From a virus (Duplodnaviria > Caudoviricetes), in IMG/VR virus record IMGVR_UViG_3300030372_000644, positions 1 through 33,150 of that record: DNA of 33,150 bases, one strand, 5' to 3'. Position 1 is the stretch's first letter; each line of letters begins with the position of its first letter. This document shows positions 1 through 9,850 of this stretch, in pieces. The translations under genes were made by a program, and so were the position numbers. The notes beneath the pieces are model-generated. The model searched no databases and was not told where the DNA came from. It saw only the letters and a list, made by a program, of their open reading frames with translations.

Positions 1-13
1 AAAGGAGGAGATA

Positions 14-241
14 ATGACTGCATGGACAGAAATTCATCTTTATAAAGATTGGGATGCAATAATAGGAATACATTTTCCCAAAGAATATTGCAAATTTGTA
101 AAAAAAAATTGGAACAAGTCAAAAGAAGATAGACCGACAGAAGAAGAATACAGAAAAAAACTAAAAGAAATTGTAAAAAAATATGAAAAAAAAAATAAGT
201 ATGTATCTGAGTTATCAAAAGGTTACATAAATGTCATGTGA
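14..241 (+). CDS. Hypothetical basic protein, present only in the left-end allele
   Basis: 75 aa ORF with strong SD (AAGGAGGAG, 2-10); no counterpart in the equivalent right-end locus. Confidence 0.6.
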   Translation: MTAWTEIHLYKDWDAIIGIHFPKEYCKFVKKNWNKSKEDRPTEEEYRKKLKEIVKKYEKKNKYVSELSKGYINVM

Positions 242-379
242 CCCTGATAAAGCAATCTATATTGTGCCAATAGCAGGTGCGATACGCATCTATATAGATA
301 CAGAACTGCATGAAGTTAAAATGACAAGAGATGATATGGCAGATTTAGCTACTGAAATCCTTGCAAGAAGAATTGAAAT
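231..379. repeat. Near-identical copy of 32699-32847
   Basis: 8 mismatches in 149 bp, all in the first 60 bp; 291-379 is identical to 32759-32847. Confidence 0.95.
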
Positions 380-392
380 AATTAAGTCGTAA
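231..392 (+). CDS. Small hypothetical protein (53 aa, MSCDPDKAIYIVPIAGAIRIYIDTELHEVKMTRDDMADLATEILARRIEIIKS); allele of 32699-32860
   Basis: Read manually (below the ORF-track cutoff); differences from the right-end copy are synonymous or mostly conservative. Confidence 0.7.
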   Translation: MSCDPDKAIYIVPIAGAIRIYIDTELHEVKMTRDDMADLATEILARRIEIIKS

Positions 393-475
393 CATTTTTC
401 ATACGTTGAACTAATCTATCTGCACGATTAGGTACTTGTCTGTACCATTTACTATCCATCATTTCATTAGATGCT
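379..475. repeat. Exact 97 bp repeat of the contig end 33054-33150 (circular overlap)
   Basis: Direct sequence comparison. Confidence 0.97.
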
Positions 476-828
476 TTCTGCCATTCACGATTGTCTACTG
501 CTCTTTTCATTTTATGAAAGCGAGATAGTCTTGGTCTACCCATGTTAAACATCATATTGGCTATGATTCTTTGTGCTTCTTCAGGCAATTCATCAAAGTC
601 ATAATAAAGTTTTCTACATTCATCTATAGTTATTTCTATATCCTGATCAAACAATTCATAAATTCTTTCTTCTCCTATTTCTGTACCAACTGGTAGCCCA
701 TGTTCTGGATCAGATTCTTGTATAAGGTGGCCGATTCCTGTTGTTGGCAAAGAAAGGTGGTCTAAATAAATTTCATACTTAATTCCTTCATCTAGTTTTA
801 ATTCTTCTCTTAATGCTACAGTATTCAT
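382..828 (-). CDS. Endolysin, phage lysozyme (GH24/T4-lysozyme-like)
   Basis: DEGIKYEIYLDHLSLPTTGIGH has T4L-like E/D/T catalytic spacing; NMMFNMG and DSKWYRQVPNRA motifs. Confidence 0.93.
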   Translation of the reverse strand: MNTVALREELKLDEGIKYEIYLDHLSLPTTGIGHLIQESDPEHGLPVGTEIGEERIYELFDQDIEITIDECRKLYYDFDELPEEAQRIIANMMFNMGRPRLSRFHKMKRAVDNREWQKASNEMMDSKWYRQVPNRADRLVQRMKNVTT

Positions 829-1220
829 TTTGTTAATCCTTTATACTTTTCAAAACTACGAAGTCCCCCCAATCCAAGCATACCCATAAGCACAGTCATA
901 AGACTGCCCATATCAAAGGTAGGCAGTTCAGGTATCTGTACATTAAGATAAGCACATACAAATATAGTTATTGGTGCAAGGACAAAGTGCCAACACAACG
1001 CAATGCCACAAGTCCAACCAATGAAAGGCCTCCACCCTGCAACAAAGATTGACTTGTGCTGTGCTTCAGCTTTGTTAATTTCAATCTGACCTTTAGCTAA
1101 TTCTTGTGCGTGTTTCTCTGCCATAGTAGCAAGGTCATGTGCCAATTTATTCTTGACATCTTTGTCCTCAATAAACTTACCAACAAGTTTACTTACTGGA
1201 CCTATTAGTGCTGTTAGCAT
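825..1220 (-). CDS. Putative holin (3TM holin / DUF3154-like)
   Basis: EAQHKSIFVAGWRPFIGW and GMLGLGGLRSFEK motifs, hydrophobic helices, adjacent to lysozyme. Confidence 0.85.
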   Translation of the reverse strand: MLTALIGPVSKLVGKFIEDKDVKNKLAHDLATMAEKHAQELAKGQIEINKAEAQHKSIFVAGWRPFIGWTCGIALCWHFVLAPITIFVCAYLNVQIPELPTFDMGSLMTVLMGMLGLGGLRSFEKYKGLTK

Positions 1221-1428
1221 TAACTACCTCCTTGTGTTCGTGACCCATCCATATACCAAATATACCAGTCATTGCACCCATAACAACAGATACAAAAGCT
1301 GATTGTGGTGCAGTAGGTTCTGTTAAATCCATAAACCATTCGCTGCATCTCCAACACATAAAGGTGGAACACAGCATCATAAATCTAGGAAGTATCTTCC
1401 ATTTTAAAAATCGTTCTACCCTTACCAT
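1189..1428 (-). CDS. Small two-TM membrane protein in the lysis region
   Basis: Two hydrophobic segments (ILPRFMMLCSTFMCW; AFVSVVMGAMTGIFGIWM); overlaps neighbours. Confidence 0.65.
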   Translation of the reverse strand: MVRVERFLKWKILPRFMMLCSTFMCWRCSEWFMDLTEPTAPQSAFVSVVMGAMTGIFGIWMGHEHKEVVNANSTNRSSK

Positions 1429-1616
1429 AATCTTACATTCTCATTAACATTAACAAGTTTACAAAAACATTCATAGCTTTTTATCTCCTCACCAATCTTA
1501 ACTGTTTGTTTATGTAAATGTTCACGAAAGTATTTACAGTTATTAATATTGCTTAAGTGCATTGTACCTTGTGGGTTACCTGCTAGATAACACATAAGTA
1601 AAAATGCAGGTTTCAT
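1422..1616 (-). CDS. Small Cys-containing hypothetical protein
   Basis: Coupled ORF in operon; hydrophobic N-terminus, C...CxC pattern. Confidence 0.6.
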   Translation of the reverse strand: MKPAFLLMCYLAGNPQGTMHLSNINNCKYFREHLHKQTVKIGEEIKSYECFCKLVNVNENVRLW

Positions 1617-1804
1617 CTCACAAGTAAACCTATCAATAAAAGAATAGCTGTACCTGAAGTGCCAATCATAATATGTTCTATTCTTTTAATACGAAGTATT
1701 GTTTCTTTCCATCTTTCTGCACACACAGCTTCATGTGTATCAACTTGTGCCTTCACTTCTTGTGCAGTTAATCGTGGCATATACTCTAATAACCTTCCTA
1801 TCAT
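1613..1804 (-). CDS. Small coiled-coil protein with C-terminal TM helix (start may be Met at 1780)
   Basis: HEAVCAERW motif followed by a hydrophobic C-terminus, typical of phage lysis-region ORFs. Confidence 0.65.
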   Translation of the reverse strand: MIGRLLEYMPRLTAQEVKAQVDTHEAVCAERWKETILRIKRIEHIMIGTSGTAILLLIGLLVR

Positions 1805-2349
1805 TCTTTAGGAAAGTCATATATAGGTGCATTGCCAGTTGGGTTGCCATCACTATCTACTGGTACATCAAACAATGCTTTAAATGCAGTAAGGTTTGCA
1901 CAATTATTAATCTTTGTTTCTATTGTGTTACAAGCAGTTCTTACTTTATCTCTAAAGGTAGTAGTTGCTGAAGCTATAGCAGTTCCTTTTTCAGATTTGC
2001 GAGTAACTTCCCAATCTGTTTTAGCTAACATATTGTTAGCAGTTTGTTTTGTTTGTCTAACCCAGATTGTTTTAAGTCCATAGTTGACAACTTGATTACC
2101 ATCAGCATCTTTAACTTTGTTGCCATCTGAATCTGTAGCATCTTCATCAGCTAACTTTCTTTCAACATCTTTACTCCAGTAAAATCTATCATCAAATCTT
2201 GTATCAGGGTCATCTGTCCATGTTACATCCCAGTCTTTTTTATTTTGGGAAGTCCAAGCAGTTGCCCAGTTATAAGGATGTTTAAAACCATTCTTATCTT
2301 TCCATGTGCTACCAACTTTAATTACATTTCCGTCATGTTTCCATACCAT
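1801..2349 (-). CDS. Putative tail fibre assembly chaperone
   Basis: LAKTDWEVTRKSE...FRDKVR motif resembles tail-assembly chaperones; directly downstream of fibre genes; SD AGGAGA. Confidence 0.6.
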   Translation of the reverse strand: MVWKHDGNVIKVGSTWKDKNGFKHPYNWATAWTSQNKKDWDVTWTDDPDTRFDDRFYWSKDVERKLADEDATDSDGNKVKDADGNQVVNYGLKTIWVRQTKQTANNMLAKTDWEVTRKSEKGTAIASATTTFRDKVRTACNTIETKINNCANLTAFKALFDVPVDSDGNPTGNAPIYDFPKE

Positions 2350-2361
2350 TATCTTCTCCTA

Positions 2362-4785
2362 TTAAAAAGCATTAGAATATTTTTCAGGGATTTCTGCAAA
2401 AGCCATGTATATATAGGTGTAACCAGTATTATTCCACTCGGAGTTGCCAGTATTTACCTTAAAACCATTGCTCAAAAATTGAACAGCATTAACTTCAGTA
2501 TCTGAAACTTCAGCAGATGAAGCATTTGCATCCAAATGAGCCCCAGTTCCAAGACTAGAGTTCATTCTTGGGGAACGTTTAGAATCAAATATCCACCAAC
2601 GACCAGTTCCACCTGAAGCTATTTTGCCCATAATCCATCTGGGTTTAAAACCAAGATGTATGTAAGGTCCATCTGAAGATGAACTATTGCCAACAAATTT
2701 TCCAAATTTAGAATATCCTTTAACTTCATGCCAACACCATATAACTTGTAATTTACCACTTAAATTTGCATTACCTGCCACTCCTATAGTTGTGCTACTA
2801 ACAGACGTTATTTGGTCGCTAGTTGCTACAGCATCAGTAGCATTTAATTTTAAAAATGTACCAGTAGAAATGCTTTTGTGCCAAACAACACGATTTGAAC
2901 CTGCACTATCTCTTGGAGTTGCTATTATAAAATCAGGTTGTTGACTTAATCCATGAGCAATAGTATCTGTTCCTGCAGTTCCACTATAAGTAATAATACT
3001 AAAACCTGCAGTTGTGTTTGCTTGATATGTGCTATCTTCTGAACCAACACTTGTTGCACTTGCATCATTTGTAGTCGTACTATTAGCATTAGCTTTCCAA
3101 TTCCAAGCTACAAAAGTATTAGAACTATGATTGACTAGATGATAACCACTACTTCCAGTAACTACAGTAAATCCATCAGCAGTAAAAGCTGATACATAAC
3201 CATATTGTTCTTGAGTTGTTTCTGCAGCTGTTGAATTTGATTCTAAATGTTTTTCAACACCTCTTGAACTGTCAAATAAAGTATGTTCATTTCCTTGATT
3301 TCTGGTCTTAATCCATACTAAATCAGGTTGAAAGTTTACTCCAGTTAATGTTCTTGTAGAATCGTTGCCAGTCCAAGTTATAATATTAAAATGGTCATCT
3401 GGTTGTTCATTTGAATTAGGTCCTAATGTTGGCTCTGGTAGGTTAGCAGAAGTTAGTAGACTGTAACCAGTTGGAATTGTACCAGTAAAAGAAGCTTGTC
3501 CAAAGTTAGCTTCCCAAGTCATTGAACCACCACCATTACCACTCCAGAAGGGAATGTAAGTTGAGTCAGTATTTGGAGATGCTACTTTATTTGTGCCATC
3601 TGAAAAAGTAGGTGTGCCATTTATATAAGTTCCATTAACATGAACCCAACAATGTCCACCATCCATATCAACTGCAAACCCAACTACTGCACCACTTTGA
3701 TTGCCAATGCTTCCAGTATAATTTGTGTTACTTCCACTTATATATATTGCATTATTATGAGTATAATAAGTAATAAAATCGCCACTAGTAGTAAACAGAT
3801 TATCACTAATACCAAGAGCTAAAGTGTCTGAATCATAAATACCACAATAAGGTGCTTGTGAGCCACCAGTATCTGCACCAGTAAAAGTTTGTTCCCAGTA
3901 CCACTTTCCCTCTTTAGGTAAAGCAAAAGTGCAACCATGATGTGTGTCATCTACATCACTTGTAAAAGAAGATTTTAAATTACCTTCTGTAAAAGTTATT
4001 GCATCAGCACCAGTAGATAAAATATTCATAGTCGGATAATTGTCCTCTGGACAGTCTGGCAAATTTGAATCAGTTGAAGCTAAATTACTAGATGTAAAAT
4101 GATTTGAATTAGCTGTGTCAGCACCTATGGTAGATGTTGAAGCAGTCCCAGTTCCAGTTTGTTTGAATTGTAATCTAAATCCATTAGTACCAAATGTTAA
4201 TCCACTTGTGTCTTTAGGAATCCAAGCACCTTCTTTTGTTTCACCAAAACTAGTTGGTGATAATGCTTGTCCATCTATAAAATTAACTTCTGCTATATAC
4301 CCATCAAAATAATTTGCAGATGCTTGACCTCCAATACCATGTGCTTCTGCTTTGTTTATTTCCCCTTCTCCAGAAGGATATGTTCCAGACAAAGTTTGCA
4401 AAACATTATTAACATATATTTTAAATCTATTTGAAGCAGTACCTTCGGTTGTATCATGGATAGCTACAATGTGATACCAAGAAGTTACATCTCTAAAAAC
4501 TGAGGAACTAACAACATTTCCAAATGCACCTTCAAATTTTAATGTGTTATCAGTATAAAACAAAAAATTGTAATCTCCTGCAGAAGCACAAAATAAAGTT
4601 GCAGTTCCACCTAGATTCCCTCTTTTAACCCAAGCACTCCAAGTCCAAGTTTCTCTATCACCTGCAGAACCAAATGTTCGTTGCAAAGATGCACTATCAT
4701 CATCATTTAATCTAACTGATTGAGTTGCTACACTATTATAAAAACCACTTGAGGGATTTGCTAACCATGCTTCTGAACTAAACAT
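2362..4785 (-). CDS. Concanavalin A-like (LamG) plus SPRY-like tail-associated / receptor-binding protein
   Basis: WTWSAWVKRG, FRDVTSWYHIV, FDGYIAEVNFIDG (LamG); GKWYWE and VGFAVDMD (SPRY-like); repeated FQPDLVWIK / PDFII / FKPRWIM modules. Confidence 0.8.
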   Translation of the reverse strand: MFSSEAWLANPSSGFYNSVATQSVRLNDDDSASLQRTFGSAGDRETWTWSAWVKRGNLGGTATLFCASAGDYNFLFYTDNTLKFEGAFGNVVSSSVFRDVTSWYHIVAIHDTTEGTASNRFKIYVNNVLQTLSGTYPSGEGEINKAEAHGIGGQASANYFDGYIAEVNFIDGQALSPTSFGETKEGAWIPKDTSGLTFGTNGFRLQFKQTGTGTASTSTIGADTANSNHFTSSNLASTDSNLPDCPEDNYPTMNILSTGADAITFTEGNLKSSFTSDVDDTHHGCTFALPKEGKWYWEQTFTGADTGGSQAPYCGIYDSDTLALGISDNLFTTSGDFITYYTHNNAIYISGSNTNYTGSIGNQSGAVVGFAVDMDGGHCWVHVNGTYINGTPTFSDGTNKVASPNTDSTYIPFWSGNGGGSMTWEANFGQASFTGTIPTGYSLLTSANLPEPTLGPNSNEQPDDHFNIITWTGNDSTRTLTGVNFQPDLVWIKTRNQGNEHTLFDSSRGVEKHLESNSTAAETTQEQYGYVSAFTADGFTVVTGSSGYHLVNHSSNTFVAWNWKANANSTTTNDASATSVGSEDSTYQANTTAGFSIITYSGTAGTDTIAHGLSQQPDFIIATPRDSAGSNRVVWHKSISTGTFLKLNATDAVATSDQITSVSSTTIGVAGNANLSGKLQVIWCWHEVKGYSKFGKFVGNSSSSDGPYIHLGFKPRWIMGKIASGGTGRWWIFDSKRSPRMNSSLGTGAHLDANASSAEVSDTEVNAVQFLSNGFKVNTGNSEWNNTGYTYIYMAFAEIPEKYSNAF

Positions 4786-4789
4786 CTAA

Positions 4790-6415
4790 CTATCCAAAGT
4801 TAAGTTGTGCTGCACCAAGTAGAATACTGTTATCAGCTTTTACAATATAAGGAACTACATCATAGTCATTGTTAGCTGAAGATAATGTAAGACCTGCTGC
4901 TTCAGCAGTTTCATAATCACCATGTAAACTAACTGTTCCTGCACTACTACTGCTTGGTTGAATAAATATTATAAATCCAGTCTGCCCTACTTGTGATGCT
5001 TCAGTTGTAGCTGCTGCTAAAGTATTAGACCCACTAGCTAATGTAATAATAAAGTTTTGATATGTGTCATAGTCAAGAACACCACTTGTTGATGATAAAG
5101 CAGCAGTATATGTGCTTGGTAATTGTGCTTTAGTAAAAGTATTTTGTTCATCTGTTTTAACAACAGCAGCTTCCAAACTTACAGCACCACTTGATACTGA
5201 AAAATCAGCAGATGAAAAAGAAGCTATACCTTTGTTACTTGTTGTAGCATCTTCACCTGCAATCGTTAATGTATCTGTAGCTGATACAGTAGCATCAATG
5301 CCTTCGCCACTTGTAACAGTTAAAGTATTTCCATCTGTAATAGATTGAGAAGTTGACCCATCACTTAAAGTAAAAGATGTCATACTACCTGAGCCATCTG
5401 CACCTGATTGAGCAAATGTAACAGTTACACCCATGCCATCAGAAAAAGTACCAGTAGATAACACATGAGTAACAGCTACTTTATTATAACCACTTGCATC
5501 TGTAACTGCACCTGACACTTTAAATATAGCATAGACGTTTGAAGCACCTTCTTTAGTAATATGTATAAAACCTCTTGAGGTTGCGTTTACTGCATCATCC
5601 CAAGACTGAACATAAGTTGCAATATTAACAGCATTGTCGTCTACATCATCTACATATAAAACAGATATTGAAGCTATTGTTCCATGATTTCCATAAATCT
5701 TACCTGCTCCACTGTCTGCATCACTTGTATCTGTGTCCCATGTCATAGGAATACCAATTCCTGCAGGACCAGTAGCACCAGTTGCACCAGTAGCACCAGT
5801 CGGAATACCAAAAGTAAAAGCAGCATTGTTATTAGTAACAGCAACAGATGCAGTAGATGAGCCACCTACTGAAACAGTATTTGTAGCAGCAACACTTGCT
5901 GTAGTTAATTGCGACACAGCTTGAGGTACACCAGTAGAAGAATGAAAACCTAAAACCTTATTTAATCTGTCTGCTTTCAAAGGTAAAGTCATTGAAGCAG
6001 CAGCATCAGAATCATTTAAAACTAATGAACGACCACTTGTATCATTAAAATCAGAGTGCATAGCAAGTAGTGTATCTAATTCTGTATTTAATTTTGCCAC
6101 TTCAAAAGCACCTGAACTTGGAAAATCAGTAGTACGAGCCAAAGGTATTGCACGAGTAATAACTACTGTACTGCCACCACTAGCACCAGTAACAGAAGTA
6201 GTGATGCTACCAGTAGAACCACTCCCACCTGATACAGTATATTGCGTAGTATTTGCAGTTGAAGCATGATAACTCCTAGCTGTATTGTCTACATAAACAT
6301 TAAGGTCTGTTGAGCCATCAAAGAAAACAAAGGGTACAGTAAAAGAAGTTTGAGATGCACTTTCATTTACTGTGTAACTAATTCGTGGTGTATTGTCACT
6401 TAATGCTATTGTCAT
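4790..6415 (-). CDS. Tail fibre protein with T7 gp17-like N-terminal anchor
   Basis: N-terminal SFTVPFVFF...DLNVYVD...VVITR...RTTDF...LNTELD; short collagen-like [13 protein letters not shown]; Ser/Thr/Gly-rich. Confidence 0.8.
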   Translation of the reverse strand: MTIALSDNTPRISYTVNESASQTSFTVPFVFFDGSTDLNVYVDNTARSYHASTANTTQYTVSGGSGSTGSITTSVTGASGGSTVVITRAIPLARTTDFPSSGAFEVAKLNTELDTLLAMHSDFNDTSGRSLVLNDSDAAASMTLPLKADRLNKVLGFHSSTGVPQAVSQLTTASVAATNTVSVGGSSTASVAVTNNNAAFTFGIPTGATGATGATGPAGIGIPMTWDTDTSDADSGAGKIYGNHGTIASISVLYVDDVDDNAVNIATYVQSWDDAVNATSRGFIHITKEGASNVYAIFKVSGAVTDASGYNKVAVTHVLSTGTFSDGMGVTVTFAQSGADGSGSMTSFTLSDGSTSQSITDGNTLTVTSGEGIDATVSATDTLTIAGEDATTSNKGIASFSSADFSVSSGAVSLEAAVVKTDEQNTFTKAQLPSTYTAALSSTSGVLDYDTYQNFIITLASGSNTLAAATTEASQVGQTGFIIFIQPSSSSAGTVSLHGDYETAEAAGLTLSSANNDYDVVPYIVKADNSILLGAAQLNFG

Positions 6416-6451
6416 AATGTAATCCTTACTATTTTTATTAAAAAATGTCTA

Positions 6452-9400
6452 CTAATATCTAAAATCATTACTCCTAGATAAAGCTCTCATATCATCATCT
6501 AATCCTATTAAACTAATAATTGGTAAATTATAAGACAAATTTTTCATACCTTCTTCTGATCTATCATTTAACATATCATTAGCAGATAAAACCCATTCAC
6601 GAAGCATATTTGGTGTAGCACCTGATAATCCTAAAGCAGCATCCCAACCAGTAGCTTTATATCTACCTTTTAACCAAGAAGTATCAGGATCATGTAAACC
6701 ACTACCTACAGCAACGTTTACACCATGATAAAATAAATCAGCATATAATGAAAACACACCACTATGATCTACTACTCTCATTAATAATTCAGGAGTATCT
6801 TTATTTTCAAACCACCAATCAGGTTTTTTTAATTTATATATAATATAACTCATACCTAATAAAGACATCATTCCTGCAATTCTGTTTTGTTTTGCAGGAT
6901 CAAACATTGCTCTTGTAATTCTAGGTAATGCAGCAAAAGCAAAATTATAAAATTGAAATGGAAATGACATAACACCAGACTCTATTCTTGCTATTGGAAA
7001 ACGATAACTTCCGTCAGCTTGTTTACCAACAGATGCTCTTGGATCAGGCTCAATACCCATTCTTCTCATATAAGGTCGCCATTTTTTATAAACAAATCCA
7101 TCCATCATAGTTGGTCTATCAAAAGCTGTTGCATGAATAATTGTATTTCTTGCATTTGTTGCAATAACAGTTTGCATTGTTTGTTTTAAATCTCTTTGTA
7201 ATTTAGTATTTGTTGCCCAACCTTCAAGATTTAATAAAGGCATACCAGTATCAGTTTCTTGCCATGCTCCACCTTTTAATAAATTTGTTGCAGTTTTTTT
7301 GTCTACACCTATTTGATTTAACTCTATCTCATCAATTTTACTAATAGATCCATCAGCATAAGATTTTATTTGTTTATAAAATTTTGGAATATAAACAGCA
7401 GTCGTAAAACTTTTTCCTATAGAAGTAACTGGAGCTAAGCCATTAAATTTGTAAAACCAATTTTCAGCACCTTCAATAGTATTTTCTAATCTACCACTTC
7501 TATAACCTCTTAAATTATCATGTAATATTCTATCTTGAGATGTTTTTAAATTTAATTCCATACCTTCTAATGAATTTCTAACTTCATTTGCATTAGCTTT
7601 TATTTTTGCCCAGTTTCCATCTATAGCTCTAACTGCTGTTTTAAAAACTGGACCAAAGCCATTAGCCATTATAGGCATGGCAATAGTTTCTATCCCTGCT
7701 GTTACTCCTGCACCAGTAAGATAAGTCATACCTGCTAACTTTTTTGTAGATCTTGTAAACCTTGTGTCCCACCTATGAGGTGAATGAACCATTTGACCTG
7801 CAACCCTATCAAAGTCAGCAGTAAAATCAGATTTAATTGCAGCAATATCTCTATCAGGAAAATTTAGTTTTTCAAGTTGCATTTCTATACCTTGAAGCAT
7901 ACTACCTAAATCTTCATCACCAAATTTTCTTGCCCATTCAATTCTAAAAGACATCTTGCCACCATAAGAGTCAAGAACCATACTGTCTTTATGAATATAA
8001 TCAATAACTTTCCATTCAGGTATGTTAGTAATTCTTGCCATTAAATGTTTACCTTTACCAACATTTCTATAATCATAAACTTTATCTTGTGTAGTCATTA
8101 TAGTATCTAAATTTTTTTCTGCTTCAGATTGTGCTTTAGCAAAAGCAGCTTTTTTATCTGCAGGTAATCTAGTTTTAACTATACCTTGTCCTTCAACAAA
8201 ACGATCAAAGTAACCTTGCTCAAGATAATGATTACGAAATATACGAATTAATCTGTTAACATATTTTGATCCAACACCTGCATCTTGTAACTTTTGAATA
8301 TTGTAATTTATTGGAAACTTATAACCTTCTCTACTTTGAACATAATTTTCATGGAATTTTAAAGACTCTCTTCTTTTACTTAAAGCTAATTTAAATACTT
8401 CTTTAGCTATTGGATCTTTTTCTGCTAATATTTTTTTTTCAAGGTTTTGTATTATCTCTAAAATATTTTTGTTTGCTAATTGAAATTGTGTTTTATTTGT
8501 CATAAGACCTGCATCTTGTGCTCTTTGATCTATTTTACGAAAGTAACCTTCAAATAAAAGAACTGCATTTTTTTTAAATTCAGGAACTTGTTTCCAATAA
8601 CTTTTAAACCATTGTGGGTTGCCAGATAATATTTGTATATTAACTATCTCTTCAAAAAATTCATCAAAGGTAGGAGGTTCTGATAGTTGACCTGAATTAC
8701 TAACATACGTTTGTTTTGCATTACCAAACTTTCTATTAAATTTAATTAATGAGCTACGATAATCTATACCCATTAATTCACCAGTACCACCTAACTTACC
8801 TTCACCTGTTAGTTCAGTCATTGCACCTTCGTAAATACCTCGTACATTTTTTGTAACAACATGACTTTCTCTGGCAAGAATTAATTGTAATTGATCAATA
8901 GATTGAAAACCTTCACCTAAATAATTTTGTTTTAATGGCACTGATCCATTGTATGAAATTTCTGCATGAAGTTGTCTTATGTTATCAGGAACTTCTTTAC
9001 CATTATATTTACCTTGCTGTATTCTCCAAGCAGGTATAATACGATTAAAAATATTTATTTTATCAAAAAAATTATATGCAATACCTTTTTGACTTGAATC
9101 TTTTTTTTCAAGGTCTAATGCCATTTTTTCTAATGTATAGTTTTCACTTGTTTTAACTGGATTACCTTGTTGTTTTTTTGCTAATGCTTTACCTCTTATA
9201 CCTTGAAAAATATTACCCATTTGTCTTGTGCCACCACCAATAATGCCACCAAACAAAGTATTAGCAGTTACATTTGAAACAACCTCTAATGGTGTTGCAT
9301 AGGGATCAAATGGTGCTCTTAATATTTCACTGCCTGCACCAAATATAAAACCAAGTTTTGCTGATTCTTTTGCAACACCAAAAACACTTTTAGCACCCCA

Positions 9401-9850
9401 AGCTGCACGAAAGCCAACATTAAATACTGGATGAAACATAGCAATATTTAGAGGATCAACAACACCTGCCACAATTGCACTACCTAAACTAGCTCTATCA
9501 TAGATTTTTCTATTTTGTTCTAGTGCTTTTAAATTATTAAAAATGAAATCATAATGTTCTTTATTTTTTGATCTTGCTAATTCTTCTGCATACACAAAAG
9601 CATTGTCATCAATCATATGACTTTTAAAGTCAAAGTTTTCATCTTGTTCTTCAAAAGCAAAATTATAATACTCAAGTGTAGCATTAGTAATTGGAAGCCA
9701 TTGATACTTTAAACCTGATAATACACCTTCACCAAATGTAGGATCAGCAGTTCCTTCATTATTTGCTAATGATAAATGTACTGGCTTATAATCAACAATC
9801 CCATCAGGTTTATATGGTTGTAATTTTATTGGTGCATAAATATCTGTCAT
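6452..9850 (-). CDS. Large internal virion (ejection) protein, gp16-like position
   Basis: 1132 aa; podovirus gene order; C-terminal PFQFYNFAFA motif and Gly/Ala-rich hydrophobic helices. Confidence 0.65.
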   Translation of the reverse strand: MTDIYAPIKLQPYKPDGIVDYKPVHLSLANNEGTADPTFGEGVLSGLKYQWLPITNATLEYYNFAFEEQDENFDFKSHMIDDNAFVYAEELARSKNKEHYDFIFNNLKALEQNRKIYDRASLGSAIVAGVVDPLNIAMFHPVFNVGFRAAWGAKSVFGVAKESAKLGFIFGAGSEILRAPFDPYATPLEVVSNVTANTLFGGIIGGGTRQMGNIFQGIRGKALAKKQQGNPVKTSENYTLEKMALDLEKKDSSQKGIAYNFFDKINIFNRIIPAWRIQQGKYNGKEVPDNIRQLHAEISYNGSVPLKQNYLGEGFQSIDQLQLILARESHVVTKNVRGIYEGAMTELTGEGKLGGTGELMGIDYRSSLIKFNRKFGNAKQTYVSNSGQLSEPPTFDEFFEEIVNIQILSGNPQWFKSYWKQVPEFKKNAVLLFEGYFRKIDQRAQDAGLMTNKTQFQLANKNILEIIQNLEKKILAEKDPIAKEVFKLALSKRRESLKFHENYVQSREGYKFPINYNIQKLQDAGVGSKYVNRLIRIFRNHYLEQGYFDRFVEGQGIVKTRLPADKKAAFAKAQSEAEKNLDTIMTTQDKVYDYRNVGKGKHLMARITNIPEWKVIDYIHKDSMVLDSYGGKMSFRIEWARKFGDEDLGSMLQGIEMQLEKLNFPDRDIAAIKSDFTADFDRVAGQMVHSPHRWDTRFTRSTKKLAGMTYLTGAGVTAGIETIAMPIMANGFGPVFKTAVRAIDGNWAKIKANANEVRNSLEGMELNLKTSQDRILHDNLRGYRSGRLENTIEGAENWFYKFNGLAPVTSIGKSFTTAVYIPKFYKQIKSYADGSISKIDEIELNQIGVDKKTATNLLKGGAWQETDTGMPLLNLEGWATNTKLQRDLKQTMQTVIATNARNTIIHATAFDRPTMMDGFVYKKWRPYMRRMGIEPDPRASVGKQADGSYRFPIARIESGVMSFPFQFYNFAFAALPRITRAMFDPAKQNRIAGMMSLLGMSYIIYKLKKPDWWFENKDTPELLMRVVDHSGVFSLYADLFYHGVNVAVGSGLHDPDTSWLKGRYKATGWDAALGLSGATPNMLREWVLSANDMLNDRSEEGMKNLSYNLPIISLIGLDDDMRALSRSNDFRY

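Noticed and set aside
5760-5800. ACCAGTAGC-like 9 bp tandem repeat
   Set aside because: Explained by the short collagen-like Gly-Ala-Thr repeat in the tail fibre
2362-6415. BPP-1-like diversity-generating retroelement acting on fibre genes
   Set aside because: No reverse transcriptase gene and no TR/VR repeat pair seen; differences in the end duplication are not adenine-specific
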